34,449 nt of DNA from a virus (Duplodnaviria > Heunggongvirae > Uroviricota > Caudoviricetes), in IMG/VR virus record IMGVR_UViG_3300012942_000032, positions 122,282 through 156,730 of that record. One strand, 5' to 3'. Positions 1 through 7,223 of this stretch are shown here, piece after piece. Both the position numbers and the translations under genes were made by a program. Numbering within the stretch: the stretch's first letter is position 1; each line of letters begins with the position of its first letter. The notes under the pieces were generated by a model that was not told the origin of the DNA, made no database searches, and was given only the letters and a program-made list of their open reading frames with translations.

Positions 1-590
1 CAGAACTGAACCGTGAGGTTGTTCGTACAATCTACACTGTTGCTCAGCAAGGTGCACAATTTGCTTCAACTCCTGGTACCTTCGACCTGCAGAATGATGC
101 AGACGGACGTTGGGCAGTTGAACGCTACAAGGGTCTGCTATTTGCTATCGAACGTGATGCTAACGCAATTGCTATTAACTCACGTCGTGGTAAGGGTAAC
201 ATCCTGATTACTAGCTCGGACGTTGCTTCGGCACTTGCGATGGCTGGTATTCTTGATTATGCTCCTGCCCTAGATGGTATGGTTGATCTTGATGTTGACG
301 CTACCGGTGCAACCTATGCTGGTAAGGCTGGTCGCTTTAAGGTATATGTGGATCCGTATGCAGGAGCCGATGGTTACTGTGTGGGCTTCAAGGGTGCTAA
401 CCAGTATGACGCAGGTCTGTTCTACTGCCCATACGTGCCGCTACAAATGGTTCGCGCTACTGACCCAACGAACTTCCACCCTGCACTGGGCTTCAAGACA
501 CGTTATGCAATTGTGTCGAACCCATTCACCAACATCAACGCTGGTGGAAACGTGTACTACCGCAAGGCTCAAGTGCTGAACTTGATCTAA
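1..590 (+). CDS. gp23: Major capsid protein gp23, C-terminal part (5' truncated by window; frame starts at nt 3)
   Basis: Frame from nt 3 reads ELNREVVRTIY...GRWAVERYKGLLFAIERDAN...RRGKGN...DVASALAMAG...KVYVDPYA...AGLFYCPYVPLQMVRATDPTNFHPALGFKTRYAIVSNPF, typical T4-like gp23; stop at 588-590. Confidence 0.97.
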   Translation, partial: ELNREVVRTIYTVAQQGAQFASTPGTFDLQNDADGRWAVERYKGLLFAIERDANAIAINSRRGKGNILITSSDVASALAMAGILDYAPALDGMVDLDVDATGATYAGKAGRFKVYVDPYAGADGYCVGFKGANQYDAGLFYCPYVPLQMVRATDPTNFHPALGFKTRYAIVSNPFTNINAGGNVYYRKAQVLNLI

Positions 591-614
591 GCTACAGTTC
601 AACAAACTGTTACG

Positions 615-641
615 AAAAGCCCGCTATACGCGGGTTTTTTG
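615..641 (+). terminator. Rho-independent terminator after gp23
   Basis: aaaaGCCCGC-tatac-GCGGGT followed by a T run, 25 nt after the gp23 stop. Confidence 0.9.
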
Positions 642-688
642 TTGGCTCAAAATCAGTTAAACTAAGAGCCTTGGAAGAGGAGCTCTGC

Positions 689-991
689 ATGTATCCTGAT
701 TGTGAAGTCGATATTAAAGTTCTTGGTGGTCTTCCTGTTACCGTGAAGGTTTGGATTCAATCTGAAGATCCAGAAGTAGGTATTTTCTATCCCTATATTG
801 AAGATTATATTCTGTGCCATCACAAGACAGGTAAACCTCATACTCAATGGATCTATAATAGAATTGAGAAAGATGGATCAGATAAAGTATATGATGCAAT
901 CTGGGAAGCTTTAGAAGAGTCAAAAAGACAGGCAGAGATGGATGCTGCAGAAGCAAGGTATGAAGATAGGGATTTCTACGACTATTGGTAG
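689..991 (+). CDS. Hypothetical protein (~100 aa, acidic)
   Basis: ATG at 689 preceded by GAGGAG (677-682), preferred over the TTG at 671; no recognisable motif. Confidence 0.65.
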   Translation: MYPDCEVDIKVLGGLPVTVKVWIQSEDPEVGIFYPYIEDYILCHHKTGKPHTQWIYNRIEKDGSDKVYDAIWEALEESKRQAEMDAAEARYEDRDFYDYW

Positions 992-1020
992 AAAATTGGT
1001 GATTTTTAGGCTTTGTAAGC

Positions 1021-1070
1021 TATTGAAAAGATTGGATAAAAATTAGCAGAAAATACCAATCTTTTCAATA
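1021..1070. repeat. Perfect 15-bp inverted repeat in AT-rich intergenic DNA
   Basis: TATTGAAAAGATTGG (1021-1035) / CCAATCTTTTCAATA (1056-1070), 20-nt spacer. Confidence 0.9.
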
Positions 1071-1110
1071 AAATGCAGTTTTGTAGGTTCTATGTGTAAG
1101 TGGAGTAATC

Positions 1111-1677
1111 ATGCTAAAAAATGCCACGTTAATTGGAATTCATGGGAAGATGGGAGCAGGTAAGGACACTCTCGCGACTGTCATTCATGCACTACGCCCT
1201 AGGATGTATAAAAGCAATTCTTTTGCTAGACCTTTGAAAGAAGGTGTCATGGCAATGTTTGGATGGGACAAGATTCATTTAGAGGATAGAAGTCTTAAAG
1301 AATCAATTGATCCGTTTTGGGGATTCTCGCCTAGAAAGGCAATGCAATTGCTAGGTACGGAATATGGACGCAAAGGTCTTACAGATGATATCTGGATCAA
1401 AGCTGCTGAGAAATATTATCAGAAGTCTCTAGAAACAGGTATGGGCGTTATTATGACTGATGTCCGTTTTGAGAACGAAGCAGCTTGGATTCGTTCTAAG
1501 ACCAATAGTATCTTAATTCATGTCATAGATCCTAATGCACCTTATGTTGACCCTAAAACTCTGCATCCTAGTGAACAAGGAATTGAGTTTAAAGGTGGTG
1601 ATATTCATCTGATGAACGATAAGAACTCTGGTGTAGAAGGTCTTTGGAGTTCAGTGGTCAAATTACTAGAAGATTGA
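1111..1677 (+). CDS. gp1: Deoxynucleoside monophosphate kinase (T4 gp1-like)
   Basis: P-loop GKMGAGKDT, FARPLKE, SPRKAMQLLGTEYGR, TDVRFENEA, HPSE; GGAG RBS upstream. Confidence 0.92.
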   Translation: MLKNATLIGIHGKMGAGKDTLATVIHALRPRMYKSNSFARPLKEGVMAMFGWDKIHLEDRSLKESIDPFWGFSPRKAMQLLGTEYGRKGLTDDIWIKAAEKYYQKSLETGMGVIMTDVRFENEAAWIRSKTNSILIHVIDPNAPYVDPKTLHPSEQGIEFKGGDIHLMNDKNSGVEGLWSSVVKLLED

Positions 1678-1683
1678 TGTTGC

Positions 1684-1720
1684 TGGCTAAATACTTGAAA
1701 TTCAATCAGGTGTTTAGCCA
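1684..1720 (+). promoter_or_regulatory. Putative late promoter (CTAAATA, 1687-1693) inside the 5' arm of a hairpin that occludes the endolysin RBS
   Basis: TGGCTAAATACTTGA (1684-1698) pairs with TCAGGTGTTTAGCCA (1706-1720): 15 bp with two G-U pairs, covering the AGGT RBS and the A of ATG. Confidence 0.75.
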
Positions 1721-2160
1721 TGCAAATTTCACAAGCTGGTACTAATCTAATCAAGCAAGAAGAAGGATTTAGATCAGACGCTTATCAGGATGGTGGTGGT
1801 GTCTGGACTATAGGATATGGTTCTACTAGAATCAATGGTCGCCCAGTCACAAAGGGCGACAAAGTAGACGAACCTACAGCTCTTCAAATGTTGATCACTA
1901 AGGCTAACTCCGATCTTTCGGAGGTTTCTGCTGTTCTAAAAACCAATTTGAATCAAAATCAGACTGATGCAATTGCATCGTTTGTGTATAACATTGGTCT
2001 GGGGCAATTTAAATCATCAACTCTTTTGAGCAAACTGAATGCAAGTGATTTTGCAGGTGCAGCTGATCAATTTGCACGATGGATCTACGATAATGGTAAA
2101 GTCGTAAATGGACTAATTCGTCGTAGAGCTCAAGAAAGAGCTTTATTCTTGAAGGCATAA
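1720..2160 (+). CDS. Endolysin, glycoside hydrolase family 24 (phage lysozyme)
   Basis: Catalytic E-x8-D-x5-T pattern EEGFRSDAYQDGGGVWTIGYG; SFVYNIG, GLIRRRAQERALF; no N-terminal SAR segment. Confidence 0.93.
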   Translation: MQISQAGTNLIKQEEGFRSDAYQDGGGVWTIGYGSTRINGRPVTKGDKVDEPTALQMLITKANSDLSEVSAVLKTNLNQNQTDAIASFVYNIGLGQFKSSTLLSKLNASDFAGAADQFARWIYDNGKVVNGLIRRRAQERALFLKA

Positions 2161-2161
2161 T

Positions 2162-2644
2162 ATGTCTGATACGAAAACGTTTAACAGAAATTCTGCTCTA
2201 GGGACTTCATTTAAACTTGAAATCCCTGGAATGGAACAACTGAACTATTTTGTTCAGAGCACATCTTTGCCTAGCGTTTCTATGAATGGTATAGATTCGC
2301 CTTACAAGAATAATCAGGGTGCTTTACCATCTAACAGAATTGACTATGAACCTGTTTCATTTGAATTCATGGTAGATGAAGATTATGATAACTATGATTC
2401 TTTAAGATTATGGATGCACAGAATTGAAAGAAACAATAGACCACTGATCCAAGAACTTGCGGATATTAGTTTGTTTCTAACCAGTTCTAATAAATTGATC
2501 AATAAAAAGGTTGTTTTCTATGGTGCTTTTCCTGTATATTTGACTGAAATTCCTTTAGCATCTGACACAGATGATGCTAATCCAGTTAAATGCACGGCAA
2601 TCTTTAGATTCCAATATTTTGAAATTCAGAAAGTAACAGTCTGA
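2162..2644 (+). CDS. gp3: Tail tube terminator/completion protein (gp3-like)
   Basis: FKLEIP...YFVQSTSLPSVS...IDYEPVSFEFMVDEDYDNY...WM pattern; position between gp23 and uvsY as in T4-like phages. Confidence 0.8.
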   Translation: MSDTKTFNRNSALGTSFKLEIPGMEQLNYFVQSTSLPSVSMNGIDSPYKNNQGALPSNRIDYEPVSFEFMVDEDYDNYDSLRLWMHRIERNNRPLIQELADISLFLTSSNKLINKKVVFYGAFPVYLTEIPLASDTDDANPVKCTAIFRFQYFEIQKVTV

Positions 2645-2651
2645 GGTAATA

Positions 2652-3077
2652 ATGAAACTTGATGATATTTTGAAGATGATTGAAGTAGATTCAATCATCG
2701 ACAATGCTCAGCTTGACCAAGAATCGCTAAAAATCCCACAACTTCATGGTAAATATTACAAAGTATTCATAGAAGAGCTTAGAGTTCTGAAAGGATATGA
2801 TAAAGATTATAATGCTTTGAAGCGTGATAGAACAGAGTATTATTTGGGCAAATCTTCAGATGAAATCTATAAAGAAGAACCTTTAGATCAGAAGATTATT
2901 AAGCAAGATTTAGATCTTTATCTAGAAGCAGATGACAAGCTTTCAACATTGAGAGCAAAGCGTGATATGCAGAAAGCTAAGGTTGAGATGGTTGAAGGTT
3001 TCATCAAATCACTCAACAACCGAGGTTTTCAAATTAAAAATGCGATTGATTTTTTACGTTTCAAAAATGGCTTTTAA
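2652..3077 (+). CDS. uvsY: Recombination mediator UvsY
   Basis: DSIID...LDQESLKIPQLHGKY...YLEADDKL...NRGFQIKNAIDFLRFKNG; lies upstream of uvsW. Confidence 0.9.
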   Translation: MKLDDILKMIEVDSIIDNAQLDQESLKIPQLHGKYYKVFIEELRVLKGYDKDYNALKRDRTEYYLGKSSDEIYKEEPLDQKIIKQDLDLYLEADDKLSTLRAKRDMQKAKVEMVEGFIKSLNNRGFQIKNAIDFLRFKNGF

Positions 3078-3753
3078 ATCATATACTTACATCATGGGTT
3101 GGCGTCATCTTGACGTTTGGTATTATGGTGTAAGGACAGCAAATAAAGTCTCGCCTATTGAAGACTTTTGGAAAGTATATAAATCATCTTCTAAAATTGT
3201 CCATGAGTATATTGAGGCGAATGGTGATCCGGACGTATTAAGAATTCATAAAGAGTTTTCTTCTAAACAAGATGCTATAGATCATGAAAGAAAATTCTTG
3301 TCAAAAGTTAATGCTGCTCAATCTGACAGATGGTTAAACCAATGTAATGGGTATTCTGATAAAGGAGTTTTGAATCTAGAATGGTCAGATGAGCGTAGAA
3401 AGAAGTTAAGTTTAGCTATGATAGGTCGTTCGAATATGGGCGGCAAAAAGCATAGTGAAGAAACTAAAAAGAAGATGTCTGAATCCGCTTTGAATTTGGA
3501 GAAATTGACTTGTCCGCATTGTGGTAAGTCTATGGCTAAGAAATTTGCTTCCAGATATCACTACGATAAGTGCTCTGTTTTAACAGGTAAAAAGCATCCA
3601 GGAGTGATGACTGGAAGGGCTCATTCTGAAGAGTCTAAAAAGAAGATTGGTGAAGCTAATTCTAAATATATTGGAAGAAAAGCAAGCGAAGAGACTAAAG
3701 CTAAGATGCGAGAGTCTCACATAAAACGATTGACGGAAAGTTCTAAACTTTAA
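3067..3753 (+). mobile_element. Free-standing GIY-YIG (Seg-like) homing endonuclease with NUMOD3 repeats
   Basis: Likely start ATG 3067 (MAFKSYTYI...WYYGVR...YKSSS...HERKFL...WLN); three NUMOD3-like repeats (HSEETKKKMSES, HSEESKKKIGEA, ASEETKAKMRES) and CPHCGK; overlaps the uvsY end. Confidence 0.85.
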
Positions 3754-3779
3754 TAGCGTCAATCATTATTAAAGTTTAG
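3743..3779 (+). promoter_or_regulatory. 13-bp hairpin between the endonuclease stop and the uvsW RBS
   Basis: CTAAACTTTAATA (3743-3755) / TATTAAAGTTTAG (3767-3779); the 3' arm includes the start of the AGG RBS of uvsW (ATG 3788). Confidence 0.6.
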
Positions 3780-3787
3780 GTTGATGT

Positions 3788-5158
3788 ATGGCTGATATCA
3801 TTATTCATTATCAAAATCAAATCAAATGTAGACTAGAGTGTAGTGGAGGCATCGCATATGAAATTGCGGAGGCCTTTTCTTTTTATGTGAAGGGGTATAA
3901 ATTCATGCCCCAATACAAATCTGGTCGTTGGGACGGTCGCATCAAGATGTTTGATGTTAGAACCAGGCTATTTCCGAGAGGTCTGCTTCCTCGTTTAGTG
4001 GAATGGTGTTCTAATAATGATTATGTCATCAAGATTGATTCTGATGATAAAGCAAAATTTAGACCTCAGGTAGAGTACGACATTGCTTTCTTAGATAATT
4101 GGAAGAAATATGGAAAACTTGAACCTAAATCATATCAGAAATCATCAATTGAAACTGCGCTGAAGCAGAATCAGACATTGATCCTTAGCCCAACGGGATC
4201 AGGAAAGTCTTATGTAATCTACATGATTGTTAGATATCTTCTGGAACATACAAAAGAAGATATTCTTATCACAGTGCCTACTACATCACTCGTAGAACAG
4301 TTATACAGTGATTTCAATGATTATGCAGTGGATTGGAATGTAGAGAATTACGTCACTAAGATCTATTCTGGTAAGGAAAAGAATACTAAACACAGAGTGA
4401 AGATCAGCACATGGCAAAGTATCTACAAACTGCCCTCGAGTTGGTTCTCTAGATTTGGAGCTTATATCTGCGATGAAGCACATGGTGCAGATGCAAAGTC
4501 TATTAGTTCTATTGTAGATAAAATTCCTGATGCTCCAATCAGAATTGGATTAACAGGTACACTTGATGGTTCCAAACTCCATGAATTAGAGATGCTTTCT
4601 AGATTTGGAAATCTATTTGTTGCAGCGACAACAAAAGATCTTATGGATTCAGGCGATCTTGCAGAACTTGATATCAGATGTCTAAAGATTAGATATTCTG
4701 ATGATGACGTAAAATTGGTTAAGAGTTTAGACTATCAGGGAGAAATAGATTTCTTGGTTTCTAACGAAAGACGAAACAATGTTTTGGTTAATGCTGCTTT
4801 GAATGAACCCAAGAATGTGCTAATGCTGTTCAATTTTATTGATAAGCATGGTGCAAAATTGTATGATTTATTGAAAGCAAAGGCAGATCAATACAATAAG
4901 AAGATCTACTATATCCATGGTGGCATTGAAGTAGAAGATCGAGAAAGAATCAGGCAGCTTTTGGAGAAAGAGAATCCTATTGTTGCAAGAGAAATTGAAT
5001 TTGATGGTTTTTCTTTGCGAATACCTTTAGGTACTCAAATTCAATTATCAGATAAGTCGTTTAAACCTGTTGATAAAATAAATATGTTTGATGACATAGA
5101 CGATGATTGGATTTCTGATGCGAGAAAGAATAAAAAGTTTATTGAAAGAAAAATATGA
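3788..5158 (+). CDS. uvsW: UvsW SF2 helicase, N-terminal fragment (split gene)
   Basis: YKFMPQYKSGRWDGRI, Walker A SPTGSGKS, VPTTSLVEQ, STWQS, DEAH, GLTGT; ends after RERIRQLLEKE plus a ~60-aa extension, without motifs V/VI. Confidence 0.93.
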   Translation: MADIIIHYQNQIKCRLECSGGIAYEIAEAFSFYVKGYKFMPQYKSGRWDGRIKMFDVRTRLFPRGLLPRLVEWCSNNDYVIKIDSDDKAKFRPQVEYDIAFLDNWKKYGKLEPKSYQKSSIETALKQNQTLILSPTGSGKSYVIYMIVRYLLEHTKEDILITVPTTSLVEQLYSDFNDYAVDWNVENYVTKIYSGKEKNTKHRVKISTWQSIYKLPSSWFSRFGAYICDEAHGADAKSISSIVDKIPDAPIRIGLTGTLDGSKLHELEMLSRFGNLFVAATTKDLMDSGDLAELDIRCLKIRYSDDDVKLVKSLDYQGEIDFLVSNERRNNVLVNAALNEPKNVLMLFNFIDKHGAKLYDLLKAKADQYNKKIYYIHGGIEVEDRERIRQLLEKENPIVAREIEFDGFSLRIPLGTQIQLSDKSFKPVDKINMFDDIDDDWISDARKNKKFIERKI

Positions 5159-5936
5159 TTTAGATTTTTCTGAATATGTAGATTGGTGCCTAGATAGGAA
5201 TTATGAAGGTGATGAATATTCTGAAAATCATCATATTTTACCTGTATGTGAATTTCCAGAATATTCAAAATGTGAATGGAACATTATTACATTAAAATAT
5301 TCTGATCATAAAACTGCCCACATAATCCTTGCAGAAATTTGCCCTATCAGAAAATTTGTGAGACCGCTCAATTGGTTTAGTAGAGAAAAACATTCAGAAT
5401 TACTTTCCATAGCAACTAAGAATTCATGGATTGAATTCAAAAAGAGTAATTCTTATGATGGATGGAGAAAAATAAGATCTGAACATGCTAAAACTCAATC
5501 TAAAGATAGAATGTCAGAGATGAGTAAGAAAAGACATTCTAATCTACCTGAGGGCTATATCTCTAATCATTTTAAGACATTATGGAAGGATCCTGAGTAT
5601 AGAAAATCTTTGACAGAGAAGATTTCTAGATACAGAAAATCTGAAGAGGGAAGAAAAAGGGCTTCTGAATTGTCTAAGGAAATGTGGAATAAAAGAGATG
5701 ACGAATTTAGAAAAAGATTTTCGGAACAAATGTCTCAAATAAATCAAGATCCAGCATCAAAAAAGAAAAATTCAGATAAACAAAAAGAAAGATGGGCAGA
5801 TCCTTTCTACAGAGAAAAACAAATAGAAATTAGACGATCTAGGAATTATCATTGGTACAATGATGGTAATAAAGAGCTAAAATCCCAAGAATGCCCTGAA
5901 AATTTTGTAAAGGGTAGATTAAAGAGAAGAAAATGA
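5118..5936 (+). mobile_element. HNH (Mob-like) homing endonuclease inserted within uvsW
   Basis: YSENHHILP...WNIITLKYSDHKTAHIIL is the Mob-type HNH core; long basic helical region; C-terminal WYNDG...CPENFVKGR. Start is either ATG 5103 or 5118; stop overlaps the ATG of the uvsW 3' fragment (ATGA 5933-5936). Confidence 0.85.
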
Positions 5937-6271
5937 AACCTAAAAGAATTAAGGAGATTGAAGGCGCAAGTATTTTACTTGCGTCGTATTAGTAAGGAAC
6001 ATTCTCAACAGGTCTAAATGTTAAGAATCTACATACGGTGATATTCTGTCATCCATTCCAAGCTAAGATTAAAAACCTTCAATCAATAGGTCGAACAATT
6101 CGTGTGTCCGCTGGGAAAGACAAAGCAACATTGATTGATATTGCAGATGATCTAGTCTACAAGACAAAGAAAGGTGTAGAAAAGATCAATACTACAATGA
6201 AGCATTTTATTGAACGTCTAAAGATTTACCAAAGCGAAAGATTCACATACAAGATCATAAATCTGTCTTAA
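5933..6271 (+). CDS. uvsW: UvsW C-terminal fragment interrupted by in-frame TAG TAA (5990-5995); recoded or pseudogenised
   Basis: Single frame from ATG 5933: MKPKRIKEIEGASILLASY**GTFSTGLNVKNLHTVIFCHPFQAKIKNLQSIGRTIR...DIADD, matching T4 UvsW IIVASYGVFSTG...LQTIGRVLR. The ORF track only catches it from GTG 6038. Confidence 0.85.
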
Positions 6272-6296
6272 CAAACGATTCACAAGAAGGTATAAT
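6268..6296 (+). promoter_or_regulatory. Sigma70-type promoter
   Basis: TTAACA (6268-6273), 17 nt, TATAAT (6291-6296), directly upstream of ATG 6302. Confidence 0.7.
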
Positions 6297-6301
6297 AAGA
6301 T

Positions 6302-6751
6302 ATGACAGAAGAGAATTTACAAGAAGAACAACTGTCTCAGGTACAAGAAGATCTTGTTGATGATTTGCCTGGTTTGATCAAATTATTCCATTTGGTAAAT
6401 GGCGAAGTAATCATTGCTACCGTTGAATCATATACAAGTGAATTTGCTCTTGTTTGGAGAGCTTACACACTTCACAGAAGTTATGATGCGATGGGGAGCC
6501 TTTTAGGTTTTGATATGAAACCTTATCTATCTGATTTGATAGATGATGACGAAATTGTTCCTTTGAATCTAAAGTTGGTCTTGTCTGTAGTTCCTCCGTC
6601 GATGGACCTGATGAAATATTACATTGCCTCGAGTCTTATTCCAGAAGAACTCTTAGGTGACGAAAATTTTGATGAGTCAGGTGCTGAGGATCTTCTTCAA
6701 GAAGAAGAATTTAAGACTGAGCAAGGTGCAAAGAAGCGCACCTTGCATTAA
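6302..6751 (+). CDS. Hypothetical protein, possible Sm-like fold, conserved upstream of gp55 in T4-like phages
   Basis: IKLFHLVNGEVIIA...PY...YY pattern; acidic termini. Confidence 0.55.
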   Translation: MTEENLQEEQLSQVQEDLVDDLPGLIKLFHLVNGEVIIATVESYTSEFALVWRAYTLHRSYDAMGSLLGFDMKPYLSDLIDDDEIVPLNLKLVLSVVPPSMDLMKYYIASSLIPEELLGDENFDESGAEDLLQEEEFKTEQGAKKRTLH

Positions 6752-6761
6752 GAGGTTGCGC

Positions 6762-7223
6762 ATGGCAAGACAAAAACAAAATTATGTAGACAAGGAAGCA
6801 TTATACAGATCTATTGTAGCATGGAAAAAAGAATCAGCTGAAAGATCTGAACAAGGACTTCCGCCTAAGAGAATGCCTAATGATATTGGTATTGCTATCA
6901 AGAAGATATCAGAAGGAATTGGTTCTCGTCCTAATTTTAGAAACTACACATTTGTAGATGAGATGATTCAAGATGGTATTGTAGATGCCGTCAGATCTGT
7001 GAATACGTTCAACCCAGAAAAGTCACAGAATCCTTTTGGCTATTTTAGTCAGGTCATTTGGTATGCTTTCTTAGGTCGTATTGAAGTAGAAAAGAAGATT
7101 CAGAAGGCCAAGATTGATAGTATGATGGATCCTACTCAAGATTTCTATGATCAGATGAATGGAGATGACCATAATATTGATCGTGGTGAACTTTTAGATT
7201 TCTATTACCAAGGGAAGGTATGA
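6762..7223 (+). CDS. gp55: Late transcription sigma factor gp55
   Basis: Start ATG 6762 after AGAGG; NYVDK...RPNFRNYTFVDEMIQDG...FNPEKSQNPFGYFSQVIWYAFLGRIEVEKK; C-terminal LLDFYY resembles the clamp-binding tail. Confidence 0.93.
   Translation: MARQKQNYVDKEALYRSIVAWKKESAERSEQGLPPKRMPNDIGIAIKKISEGIGSRPNFRNYTFVDEMIQDGIVDAVRSVNTFNPEKSQNPFGYFSQVIWYAFLGRIEVEKKIQKAKIDSMMDPTQDFYDQMNGDDHNIDRGELLDFYYQGKV

Noticed and set aside
5990-5995. Genome-wide stop-codon reassignment as explanation for TAG TAA in uvsW
   Set aside because: All other long conserved genes are intact under the standard code, TAA is the main stop codon and TAG ends the ORF at 991; reassignment of both is not plausible.
5100-5995. 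Group I intron or intein carrying the HNH gene
   Set aside because: No recognisable P7/S core or non-coding flanks; the HNH ORF is in a different frame with its own stop; the ASY codons lie downstream of it, so a single splice could not remove both the HNH gene and TAGTAA. RT-PCR would be the formal test.
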